Shown here: piece by piece, positions 55,739-64,000 of the stretch
Position numbering within the stretch: position 1 is the first letter of the stretch
Layout: each line of letters begins with the position of its first letter
NCBI GenBank assembly: GCA_964630375.1
Contig: CAZVRT010000002.1
Location: forward strand, 41,706 to 105,705
Length of the DNA: 64,000 nucleotides
Direction: 5' to 3'
Source: an uncultured Candidatus Saccharibacteria bacterium
GTDB taxonomy: Bacteria > Patescibacteriota > Minisyncoccia > Phycocordibacterales > JAACPR01
Notes under the pieces: generated by a model
What the model was told of the DNA's origin: nothing
Database searches by the model: none
Seen by the model: the letters and a program-made list of their open reading frames with translations, nothing else
Program-made: the position numbers and the translations under genes

Positions 55739-55988
55739 TTTTAATATCCTTAATATCACTCTCAATAACTGTAACTCTTTTTTTCAAGTCACTTACATCT
55801 TCTTTTATATCAGCAATATCTTTTCTAACTTCAATAAAATTATCTTGAGTTTCTTTGAAACTATTTTGAATCATAATAGCAAACTCATTGAATTTTTCAT
55901 CAAGTTTTTTATCCAGTTTCTCATCAAGCTTTCTGTCCAAAAGCAGATCAATATATCGTCTATCACTTTTTGTTAGCATGTGGAACAT
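55722..55988 (-). CDS. Hypothetical coiled-coil protein, 88 aa
   Basis: ORF with 'KLDEKLDKKLDEKF' repeats. The call is weak. Confidence 0.25.
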   Translation of the reverse strand: MFHMLTKSDRRYIDLLLDRKLDEKLDKKLDEKFNEFAIMIQNSFKETQDNFIEVRKDIADIKEDVSDLKKRVTVIESDIKDIKNDKKL

Positions 55989-56109
55989 AATACAAAATTA
56001 TATCTAAAATTCTGATAAAGAATTACATTTTTCAAAAACATAACATAAAAACAAACTTCTATCCAGAAAATTCACAAAAAAATCCTTATTTATCTACTTA
56101 AAATAAATT

Positions 56110-57129
56110 CTATTTCTGACCCAACTTAATCACATGCTCAATCAGCGAATTTGTATACCCCATCTCGTTATCATACCAAGACAAAACTTTCACCAAATTT
56201 CCATCAACAACGCGAGTGAATGCTAAGTCTGCAATCGCAGCATGAGTGTTTCCTGTAATATCGCTTGAAACAACATCATCCTCTGTGACTGTAAAAATTC
56301 CTTTCCATCTTGGCATTTGTGCAGCACTTTTTAGAGCTGAATTAATTTCTTCAACACTTGTTGGTCTTTTTGAAATGAAAGTGATATCAGCAATTGATCC
56401 AACAACCACCGGCACACGCAAAGAAATTCCATCAAATTTATTTTCAAGTTGAGGTAAAGCCTTTGCAACTGCAATCGCAGCACCAGTAGATGACGGCACA
56501 ATATTTTGTGCAGCTGCGCGCCCTTCTCGCAAATCCTTTTTACTTGGACCATCAACAAGAGATTGTGAAGCGGTATAAGCATGAGTCGTACTTAAAACAG
56601 CTTTTTCAATTCCAACAACTTCATCCAAAATAGAAATCAAAGGACTTGATGCGTTTGTTGTACAAGAAGCGTTTGATGTTACAACACAAGTTTTTAATTT
56701 TTCATCATTGATACCCATCAAAACAGTGCCTTGAGTATCATTTGCCGGATCATCTTTTGCTGGAGCAGAAATAACAACTTTTCGTGCACCAGCTTTTGAA
56801 ACATGGACATCAGCATCAGCATATTTTGTGAAAAAACCCGTAGACTCAACAACAACATCAATTCCCAACTCTCCCCATGGCAAAGCCGCCGGATCCTTTT
56901 CAGAAAAAACAGAAATTCGTCGCCCGTCTACAACTAAAGTTTGTTCCTCTGCTTTCACTTCGTAAGGCAAAACCCCGTAAGCCGTGTCGTATTTCAAAAG
57001 ATAAGCTAAATTTTCAACAGAACCCAAATCATTTACCGCAACAATTTCTATCTCTGGACGATTTTTCGCCAGTCTAAAAACCGCTCTTCCAATTCTTCCA
57101 AAACCATTAATTGCAACTTTTATAGCCAT
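56110..57129 (-). CDS. gap: Glyceraldehyde-3-phosphate dehydrogenase
   Basis: 'INGFGRIGR', 'SNASCTTN' and 'WYDNEMGY'. Confidence 0.9.
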   Translation of the reverse strand: MAIKVAINGFGRIGRAVFRLAKNRPEIEIVAVNDLGSVENLAYLLKYDTAYGVLPYEVKAEEQTLVVDGRRISVFSEKDPAALPWGELGIDVVVESTGFFTKYADADVHVSKAGARKVVISAPAKDDPANDTQGTVLMGINDEKLKTCVVTSNASCTTNASSPLISILDEVVGIEKAVLSTTHAYTASQSLVDGPSKKDLREGRAAAQNIVPSSTGAAIAVAKALPQLENKFDGISLRVPVVVGSIADITFISKRPTSVEEINSALKSAAQMPRWKGIFTVTEDDVVSSDITGNTHAAIADLAFTRVVDGNLVKVLSWYDNEMGYTNSLIEHVIKLGQK

Positions 57130-57178
57130 ACAAATATTCGATTATTTTAATAATTTTATTATAGCAAAATTTTTAAAA

Positions 57179-57502
57179 TTAAATTATACCGACAAGTTCA
57201 GCTAGGACTCCAGCAAAAAACAAAAGAGAAGGAATCATAAGAGGAATAATTAGGAATTTATCTATTTTACTAAGTGGTTTTTCTTTTTTAAATTTTTTAT
57301 TAAATTTAACTAAAGAAACAATTCCTATAATTGAGATAACAAAACTGAGCAACAAAAAAGTTGAAGCCGCCTCACTTCCACCAAAACCGTGCGCAATAGC
57401 AAGAACAAGACTAATTAGAGCTAATGTAACAGTAAGTGAAACAATCCCCACAGATGCAGTAATTCTATAAACCTGTCTCCAAAAAATATATCTAGATTCC
57501 AT
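57179..57502 (-). CDS. Small membrane protein, 107 aa
   Basis: Three hydrophobic helices. Confidence 0.3.
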   Translation of the reverse strand: MESRYIFWRQVYRITASVGIVSLTVTLALISLVLAIAHGFGGSEAASTFLLLSFVISIIGIVSLVKFNKKFKKEKPLSKIDKFLIIPLMIPSLLFFAGVLAELVGII

Positions 57503-57561
57503 ACATTTTATTATATCAAAAAATATGCTAGTTTTGAGATAAATTGAACCCTAAATAAAAT

Positions 57562-57909
57562 ATGATATTAAACCAAACTCTGTTGCTTCACTTCAACAAA
57601 GAAGAGATTCAAAAAATTCGACTGATTGCTGAAGAGGTCGAAAAGCAAGTCCAAGACCAACTTCTCGCACTAGCACCTTTGCAGAGACCATCTGGATTGT
57701 ATGCTCCAGCGGCAAAAATTTCGATAGATTTGGAATTGCCGGATGAAAGCATTGCTCTTATCCTAGGCAACACAAATGTCGTTGCAACATACTTGCGAAG
57801 AATTCTTAGTCCTCATCAAAGGGACTGGCAGACTGTTGACATAAAAATCACTTCGCACGAAAACACGGTTAATTTTTATATCGAATTCACTCTTTGGGGA
57901 GGAGTATGA
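57562..57909 (+). CDS. Hypothetical protein, 115 aa
   Basis: ORF only. Confidence 0.3.
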   Translation: MILNQTLLLHFNKEEIQKIRLIAEEVEKQVQDQLLALAPLQRPSGLYAPAAKISIDLELPDESIALILGNTNVVATYLRRILSPHQRDWQTVDIKITSHENTVNFYIEFTLWGGV

Positions 57910-57970
57910 CTTCCCCTTTTTATTTTATATTTTAATTTGACAAAAATTTTTGAGCGTATAAAATATAGGC

Positions 57971-58041
57971 ATCTTAAGGTCTTGGACTTTGAGGGTACTA
58001 CATCCGAGGGCAGCCCTCCGCAAGGTGGGCTGTTATTTTTT
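57971..58041 (+). ncRNA. Candidate small RNA of about 70 nt with its own promoter and terminator
   Basis: TTGACA (57937-42), a 16-nt spacer and TAAAAT (57959-64). The transcript is AUCUUAAGGUCUUGGACUUUGAGGGUACUACAUCCGAGGG followed by a terminator CAGCCC-uccgcaaggu-GGGCUG-UUAUUUUUU. GC is about 50%. Confidence 0.3.
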
Positions 58042-58596
58042 ATCCTTATGTTTAAGTTTCTTTCCCCAAATATCATCTTTCACCCTTAAAATATCTATAT
58101 ATTTATTTGCACCTATTCGTAACTCTGTAGATACATTATTTCTTGAAGAATAGATATATACTTTCTTCCCTGTTTTTTGTATGTATTTTATTAACGGCAA
58201 AAAATCTGAATCTCCGGTAAATAAAATTGCCAAATCATATTCCTTAATATTATGTATTGCATCGATTGTTATTTCTACATCCATATTTCCTTTTTCCATG
58301 ACAAAATTATTACCCTTATCATCTTGTGCTTTTATTCTCTTGAGTGGTTTTTTAACCACAATAAAACTCAGTCTCTTTTTTAAGAAAACAAAGAAATTAT
58401 GTTTAACGGAAATATCATACTTTCTGGTTCCAATGTCAGGGTAGGCAACATAATAAAAAATGTGTAAATTTTTATCAGAAACTTGATATTCTTTTTCAAT
58501 ATGGTTTTTAAGTTTGGAAAAATCAAATAATTTTTTCTTTGATTTCTGTGCCGCCCAAATATTCGACGCATCTATAAAAACAAATAACCGAGTCAT
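58033..58596 (-). CDS. NYN-domain (LabA-like PIN-fold) protein
   Basis: 'LFVFIDASNIW' and 'DLAILFTGDSDFLPLIKYIQKTGKKVYIYS'. Confidence 0.55.
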   Translation of the reverse strand: MTRLFVFIDASNIWAAQKSKKKLFDFSKLKNHIEKEYQVSDKNLHIFYYVAYPDIGTRKYDISVKHNFFVFLKKRLSFIVVKKPLKRIKAQDDKGNNFVMEKGNMDVEITIDAIHNIKEYDLAILFTGDSDFLPLIKYIQKTGKKVYIYSSRNNVSTELRIGANKYIDILRVKDDIWGKKLKHKDKK

Positions 58597-58748
58597 GACG
58601 AATGAACTATATCATCAAGCAAAAATTCAAAATCTACATCGGTTCCAAAATTTTATTTGTATTTTATCCTTTATTTAGAATTTTTTAATATTATTTGTCT
58701 TAACCCAAATTTATGTTAGCTTTATAAACAAACTGAACCCTATAAATT

Positions 58749-59120
58749 ATGATACTGACCGAAGAACAAATTGGGGAATTTGCCACACAAATGGTTGAAT
58801 TCTTTTTGCCAAAGATTCAAGAAAAATCTCCAATAAATAGAAAAAAGAAAAAATCTGAAAGTGAGCATGCATGGACTTCTGTTGAATTGGATGACGAATT
58901 GGAATTCTTAAGATTTCAAGCAGCGGAGTTGGATATCAAAGCTCAAATTCACAAACAACTCTCTGAAAAGTTGCCTGACTGGGGCCAAATAGAAGTCGAA
59001 ATTTCTACTCAAACAGTTCCTCATAAAAATTTCCTACCAATTACTGATAGAGATTTTGAGGAGCTTGAGCTTCAGACATACGGAAGAGCTCTAATCACAA
59101 TCAAACTTTTCGCCAAGTAA
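58749..59120 (+). CDS. Hypothetical protein, 123 aa
   Basis: ORF followed by a hairpin GTAACC-tcg-GTTAC and a T-run at 59121-59150. Confidence 0.3.
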   Translation: MILTEEQIGEFATQMVEFFLPKIQEKSPINRKKKKSESEHAWTSVELDDELEFLRFQAAELDIKAQIHKQLSEKLPDWGQIEVEISTQTVPHKNFLPITDRDFEELELQTYGRALITIKLFAK

Positions 59121-59152
59121 CCTCGGTTACTTTTTTATTTTAAAACTTCAAT

Positions 59153-60601
59153 TTATTTAATTTTACTCAAAAACACTTCGCGCAAAACTTGTGGATTTGC
59201 AGAACCACGCGAAATCTTCATTCCTTGTCCGATTAGGAATTGCAGAGAGGCTTCTTTTCCGCCTTTAAATTCTTCCCATACAGATGGATTCTCAGAAATA
59301 ATTTGGTCGACGATTGCTTCCAGTGCATCGATGTCGCTTTGTTGCTTCAAACCTTTTTCCTCCGCAATCTTTTCAGGGTCACCACCTTCTGCTACCATAA
59401 CTGCCAAAATATCTTTTGCCCCACGAGATGAAATTTCATTTTTCAAAATCATTTCTATAAGTTTTTTAAAATTCGCAGCTTCAGGAAAATTTTGTCCGTC
59501 TTTCATCAAAGCCGCCAAATCAGATGTAATGTAGTTCGCCGCAGTTTTAATAAACTCTTTATCACTTTCGCCACCTTCATTTTTCGCAACATTCTTGCCC
59601 GCAACAACCTCATCAAAAAACTTTGAAAAATTCTCGTTCACCACAAAAATATCCGCCGCCATTTCAGAAATTCCAAAGTCTCGCACCAATCTTTCTTTTC
59701 TTTCCCAAGGCAATTCCGGTAATTCGCCTCTCATTTTTTCCAAATCAAAAACTTCATGCAAATTCATTTTTGGTAAATCAGGTTCGGGAAAATATCGATA
59801 ATCGTCTGAGGTTTCTTTTTTTCTTTGAGAAAAAGTCCGAGAATTGTTTTCGTCCCAACCGCGAGTCTCCTGCACAATTTCATCACCTCTTCCGATTTCC
59901 AAAAGATCAATCATTCTTTTTATTTCATACTCAATTGCTTTCTCTACAACTCTAAAAGAATTCAAATTTTTCACCTCAACTTTTGTTCCAAATTTATCAG
60001 TATCAGAAACAGAAATATTTGCTTCAATTCGCATTTCCCCTTTTTCCATATTTGCATCACCTGCCCCCAAATATCGCAAAAGAATCTGAAAACTTTTTCC
60101 AAACTCCACAGCTTCTTTTGCGCTATGAATCACCGGCTCTGTAACAAGCTCCATCAAAGGCACGCCCGCACGATTAAAATCAACCAAAGAAAAATCCCCT
60201 CGATCGTGCTTTGACAATCCAGTATCTTCTTCCAAATGAATTCGAGTCAAATCAATTCCATTCAAACTTCCACCAGAAACAATCGGATATGCATACTGAC
60301 TTATTTGATAACCTTTCGGAATGTCAGGATAAAAATAATTTTTTCGATCAAACTCGGTAAAATTCGCGATATGACCACCAAGAGCAAGCCCAACACGAAT
60401 CACATGTTCAACTGCTTTTTTATTTATAGTCGGCAAAGTCCCAGGATGTGCCAAATCAATCGGATGCACATTTGCATTCGGCCGAAATTCATCAGGGTCA
60501 TTTTTAGATGTAGAAAACATCTTTGTCGCCGTCTTCAGCTCAGCGTGAATTTCTAGCCCAATTGTAGCTTTATATTTTGGGTTATTTGTCTCCTCGGTCA
60601 T
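59153..60601 (-). CDS. gatB: Asp-tRNA(Asn)/Glu-tRNA(Gln) amidotransferase subunit B
   Basis: 'KATIGLEIHAELKT', 'RAGVPLMELVTEP' and a C-terminal GatB/YqeY domain. The start is probably 'MTEETNN'. Confidence 0.85.
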   Translation of the reverse strand: MTEETNNPKYKATIGLEIHAELKTATKMFSTSKNDPDEFRPNANVHPIDLAHPGTLPTINKKAVEHVIRVGLALGGHIANFTEFDRKNYFYPDIPKGYQISQYAYPIVSGGSLNGIDLTRIHLEEDTGLSKHDRGDFSLVDFNRAGVPLMELVTEPVIHSAKEAVEFGKSFQILLRYLGAGDANMEKGEMRIEANISVSDTDKFGTKVEVKNLNSFRVVEKAIEYEIKRMIDLLEIGRGDEIVQETRGWDENNSRTFSQRKKETSDDYRYFPEPDLPKMNLHEVFDLEKMRGELPELPWERKERLVRDFGISEMAADIFVVNENFSKFFDEVVAGKNVAKNEGGESDKEFIKTAANYITSDLAALMKDGQNFPEAANFKKLIEMILKNEISSRGAKDILAVMVAEGGDPEKIAEEKGLKQQSDIDALEAIVDQIISENPSVWEEFKGGKEASLQFLIGQGMKISRGSANPQVLREVFLSKIK

Positions 60602-60633
60602 TTTGTGAATATTATCATAAATCCACAAATTAA

Positions 60634-62334
60634 CTACCACCAAACTCCCTCTAAATTAGCATTCTTCATCTGTGTTCTTGTAAGTGGCCCAAAGTATCCA
60701 GAAGCTGGAGAGATTCCATTTGTGGCTTGGTATCTTGCAAGTGCAGACTGTGTTAAAGCACCAAAGAATTCTGTTTCATTTCCTAAAGAACCAGTACCTG
60801 AAGTTGTTATTATATATCCGTTTGAGTTTAGGAGTTTTTGTAGTGAAATAACATCTTGTCCTGTCATTCCTAACTCCAAGTTTCTAACTGGAATATTTGT
60901 TGTTGTATTGGTTGTTTGTATGTTTAGTATATCTAGTATGTTTTGTGGGAGAGATATGATACCTAGAGTGTGTAGTGTTGTTAGGGAGTCTTTGTATTGG
61001 AGTACAATAGAGTTTAGGGTGTTGTTTTTAGCTTGGAGGCTAGAAGGGACTGAGCGAGAAGAAGAGCGACGTGAGGGTTCTTCTGAGGGGGTTTGTTCTT
61101 CTGGTTGTTCTTCAATAGGGTTTTCCTCCCATATAGCATACAGTGTTGTATCAGAGTTTAGTGTGAATGAGTCACCTGGTTGGTATGAGTCTCCTTCACC
61201 ATCTGCTTGTGTGTTCCAGTTTAAGAAGGTGTATCCTTCGTATGTTGGTGAGGGTGGGAGTGTTACAGAGGTTCCTTCATCTTCTGTTATGTCTGGTATG
61301 GGAGATGCTCCTTGGGTGTTGAAGGAGAGGGTGTGGGATGGGAGGGTGAAGGTTCCGCGGTAAATGTAGTTACTATGTCCCACTGCAACTAATTTTGTAC
61401 CATCTGCAGAAGATGTGATTGACCTCCAGGACCTTGCACCAGCAGAAATTTGTTCTGTCCATGTGGCTCCTGAGTCTGATAAAGTGTGTATGTATCCACC
61501 ATTCACACCAGCCGCCAACTTTGTACCATCCGCAGATAAAGTTATTGCTTGCCAACTTCTTAAACCAGCAGAAGTTTGCTGGGTCCATGTAGCTCCTGAG
61601 TCTGAGGAGGTGTATATGTATTCACCAGCACCAGTAGCAGCTAGTTTTGTACCATCATCAGACGATGTTATTGCCCACCAGTTTCTAGAACCAGCGTCAG
61701 TAGAAGTTGCCCATGTAGCTCCTGAGTCTGCGGATGTATAGATGTATCCACCCTGTACCACTGCAGCTAATTTTGTACCATCTGCAGATGAGGTGATTCC
61801 ACGCCAACTTCTAGAACCAGCGTCAGTAGAAGTTGCCCATGTAGCTCCTGAGTCTGCGGATGTATAGATGTATCCACCCTGTACCACTGCAGCTATTTTT
61901 GTACCATCTGCAGATGAGGTGATTGAATCCCAGCTCCTGGAACCAGAATCTGTTTGTTCTGTCCAAGTTTCTCCGGAGTCTGTGGAGGTATAAATATATC
62001 TATCTCCTGAAGAACCACCAACTGCAGCCGCCAACTTTGTACCATCATCAGACGATGTTATTGCCCACCAGTTTCTAGAACCAGCGTCAGTAGAAGCTGC
62101 CCATGTAGCTCCTGAGTCTGAGGAGGTGTATATGTAGCTGCCAAGTGCAGTTGCAGCTAATTTTGTACCATCTGCAGATGAGGTGATTCCACGCCAAAAC
62201 CTTAAACCAGCCCCTGTCAACTCCTCCCACACCCACTCACCAGCAGCTTCTGCAGTTTGGGGTTTTATTATTAGAGGTGAGTAAGAGATTAATAAAGTAA
62301 ATAAAAGTATAAGGGCTGTGATTTTATTTTTCAT
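60634..62334 (-). CDS. Secreted BNR/Asp-box repeat beta-propeller protein with a Listeria-Bacteroides-type repeat and a C-terminal peptidoglycan-binding domain
   Basis: A signal peptide and at least eight copies of 'YTSxDSGATW' (SxDxGxTW) on about 42-aa units. There is a 'TFLNWNTQADGEGDSYQPGDSFTLNSDTTLYAIW' repeat and a PG_binding_1-like C-terminus 'GMTGQDVISLQKLLNSNGY...YQATNGISPASGYFGPLT'. Confidence 0.6.
   Translation of the reverse strand: MKNKITALILLFTLLISYSPLIIKPQTAEAAGEWVWEELTGAGLRFWRGITSSADGTKLAATALGSYIYTSSDSGATWAASTDAGSRNWWAITSSDDGTKLAAAVGGSSGDRYIYTSTDSGETWTEQTDSGSRSWDSITSSADGTKIAAVVQGGYIYTSADSGATWATSTDAGSRSWRGITSSADGTKLAAVVQGGYIYTSADSGATWATSTDAGSRNWWAITSSDDGTKLAATGAGEYIYTSSDSGATWTQQTSAGLRSWQAITLSADGTKLAAGVNGGYIHTLSDSGATWTEQISAGARSWRSITSSADGTKLVAVGHSNYIYRGTFTLPSHTLSFNTQGASPIPDITEDEGTSVTLPPSPTYEGYTFLNWNTQADGEGDSYQPGDSFTLNSDTTLYAIWEENPIEEQPEEQTPSEEPSRRSSSRSVPSSLQAKNNTLNSIVLQYKDSLTTLHTLGIISLPQNILDILNIQTTNTTTNIPVRNLELGMTGQDVISLQKLLNSNGYIITTSGTGSLGNETEFFGALTQSALARYQATNGISPASGYFGPLTRTQMKNANLEGVWW
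61370..62220. repeat. Tandem 126-nt coding repeats, some copies near-identical at the DNA level
   Basis: For example 61690-61770 and 61810-61890 share 'ccagcgtcagtagaagttgcccatgtagctcctgagtctgcggatgtatagatgtatccaccctgtaccactgcagct'. Confidence 0.6.
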
Positions 62335-62412
62335 ATCGTACTTAATTGTATAAGAGTACCCCCCCCCGCAAGAGGGTTTTCAACAAAAATATTAAATGTT
62401 TACTAAAAATTT

Positions 62413-63621
62413 TTAAAATGCCGAGCTAACATTATAAATCGGAATCAACACAGAAGCCAAAAGTGTTCCCACACCAAGACCAAGCAAAACAATCATTATA
62501 GGCTCAATCAAACCAACCAAAGTATCTACTGAGTTTGTAACTTCTCTTCGGTAAAATCTCGCAAGCGTTGAAAGAATTTCTCCCAAGTTACCAGTTTCCT
62601 CTCCAACTCTAATCATTTGAATCAAAATATTTGGAAACTCTTCATATCGAGAAAACGCTTCAGAAACTGCAGCACCAGATTTTACATCTTCTGTTGCACC
62701 TTCAATCGCACGCAAATAAACTTCGTTATCAACCACAGATTTAGTAAGCTCCAAAGATTTAACCATCGGAATACCAGAAGCAAGCATTGTATTTAAGTTG
62801 TCAGAAATTCTTGAAAGATAAAGCATTTTGTATAACTTTCCAACGTAAGGAATATTCAATCTAAAACTATCAAATGATTCTCTTCCAGCAGATGTATTTC
62901 TAAATCTGATAAGTAAAAATACTCCAACGATAAGCGCTATCAAAATATAAATTCCATAACTCACAAAGAAGTTTGAAATACCGATAACGATTTGCGTATA
63001 AATAGGAATCTCTTGTCCTGAGTCGATCAAAATCTGACTAATTTTTGGAATAACCAAAGTCAACATCAAAGCCATCACAGCAATAAAAGTTGTAATAACA
63101 AAAGCTGGATAAATCAAAGCATTTTTTGCTTTTTGAGTTATTTCATAAGTTCTATCCAAATAATCAGCAAGGAAAAGCAACACTTCATCAAGTCGTCCAG
63201 ATTCTTCTCCGGCTCGCACCATTGATACATAGAAAGCACTAAATACATCAGGGTGTTTTTCCAAAGCTCCTGCAATAGAACTTCCTCCTTGCAAATCGCT
63301 CACAATATCAGAAAGTTTTCTCGCCAATTTAGGATTTTCAGTTTCAGTTGCAAGCAATTGAAAAACACGCAAAGCAGAAACTTGAGCCTCAAAAAGAGTT
63401 GCAAGTTGTCTTGAAAGAATAACAATATCTTTGTTTGAAACTCTTTCCAAAAAAGCTAAATTTTTATTTAGAAATCCTTCTTTTGCGTCAGATTCAACAA
63501 TATTAGAAATAATGAAACCTCTTCTTTGCAAAGACGCAATTGCAATATCAATATTGATAGCTTCGATTGAACCATCTTTTTGATTTCCATCTTTATCTAT
63601 TGCTGAATATTGAAATAACAT
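62413..63621 (-). CDS. pilC: Type IV pilus assembly / type II secretion platform protein (PilC/GspF family)
   Basis: Two GspF-like repeats and three TM segments, next to the pilT-like ATPase. Confidence 0.75.
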   Translation of the reverse strand: MLFQYSAIDKDGNQKDGSIEAINIDIAIASLQRRGFIISNIVESDAKEGFLNKNLAFLERVSNKDIVILSRQLATLFEAQVSALRVFQLLATETENPKLARKLSDIVSDLQGGSSIAGALEKHPDVFSAFYVSMVRAGEESGRLDEVLLFLADYLDRTYEITQKAKNALIYPAFVITTFIAVMALMLTLVIPKISQILIDSGQEIPIYTQIVIGISNFFVSYGIYILIALIVGVFLLIRFRNTSAGRESFDSFRLNIPYVGKLYKMLYLSRISDNLNTMLASGIPMVKSLELTKSVVDNEVYLRAIEGATEDVKSGAAVSEAFSRYEEFPNILIQMIRVGEETGNLGEILSTLARFYRREVTNSVDTLVGLIEPIMIVLLGLGVGTLLASVLIPIYNVSSAF

Positions 63622-63628
63622 AATTTAA

Positions 63629-64000
63629 TTATAACAGCTTCTCTAGAACATTTGGTCTAAATGAGTGTAGATAAGCGTCTTCAACCGTAATCTCTCCTCT
63701 TCGCACCAAGTCAGCCAAACATCTGTTCATATCAATCATTCCGTGTTCCATTCCGGTTTCAATCACAGTATCAATTTCGTGTGTTCTGTTTTCACGAATT
63801 AAGTTTTGAACAGCATTTGTATTTATCAAAAGTTCATAAGCAGGAATCATTCCTCCAGAAATTCTTGGGATAAGTCTTTGTGAAAAAATTCCCATCAAAG
63901 AACCTGATAATTGAACTCTGATTTGATCTTGTTGTTCAGCTGGGAAAGAGTCAATAATTCTGTCGATAGTCTGAGAAGCGTTGTTTGTGTGTAATGTAGA
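63629..64000 (-). CDS. pilT: PilT/PilU-family retraction ATPase: C-terminal part only, the gene continues beyond the window end
   Basis: 'TLHTNNASQTIDRIIDSFPAEQQDQIRVQLS', 'QRLIPRISGGMIPAYELLINTNAVQNLIRENRTHEI' and 'GMIDMNRCLADLVRRGEITVEDA'. Confidence 0.7.
   Translation of the reverse strand, partial: STLHTNNASQTIDRIIDSFPAEQQDQIRVQLSGSLMGIFSQRLIPRISGGMIPAYELLINTNAVQNLIRENRTHEIDTVIETGMEHGMIDMNRCLADLVRRGEITVEDAYLHSFRPNVLEKLL

Noticed and set aside
55722-55988. Treating the 88-aa coiled-coil ORF as a confident gene
   Set aside because: It overlaps the MazG-like gene start region by about 16 nt and consists of low-complexity KLDEKLDKKLDEK repeats. It is kept only as a low-confidence feature.
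1-64000. CRISPR arrays, prophage, insertion sequence or integron
   Set aside because: There are no regularly spaced direct repeats and no transposase, integrase, Cas or phage structural motifs. The only repeat structures are the 136-bp palindromic element and the BNR coding repeats.

Overview
This is an AT-rich (about 33-36% GC), gene-dense bacterial fragment. Small proteins, truncated aminoacyl-tRNA synthetases, a split transketolase and type IV pilus genes suggest a Candidate Phyla Radiation / Patescibacteria-like organism, apparently using the standard genetic code. Most genes lie on the minus strand and are housekeeping: aspS, dnaX, dus, serS, dprA, topA, parB, miaA, gyrB, pheST, tsf, rpsB, prfA, rpmE, rplY, fba, gap, gatB, tRNA-Leu/Trp/Thr and rpmG.

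Features of interest, in window order:
- An accessory islet at about 1.5-4.8 kb: a GC-elevated membrane protein, a SET-domain protein, two tandem PemK/MazF-fold genes (a third paralog sits at 7.7 kb) and a disrupted HExxH peptidase gene.
- Two roughly 270-285 nt GC-enriched intergenic blocks with their own promoters and terminators, upstream of dnaX and between topA and parB. These are candidate structured ncRNAs of unresolved identity.
- A PheT beta subunit that carries an inserted NlpC/P60 peptidase domain.
- A 136-bp nested palindromic (MITE-like) element next to GC-rich foreign-looking ORFs.
- A processive GT2 synthase (QxxRW) next to a PEGA protein.
- A 9-kb surface-glycan cluster at 46.2-55.4 kb: an ABC-2 exporter, GT2, a polytopic membrane protein, rpe/rpiB, a pyruvyl-transferase-like gene and an 812-aa sulfotransferase / coiled-coil / GT4 fusion reminiscent of WbdD/WbbB chain terminators.
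- A BNR-repeat surface protein with near-identical tandem DNA repeats and a poly-C(9) tract in its promoter.

No CRISPR array, transposase or integrase was seen.
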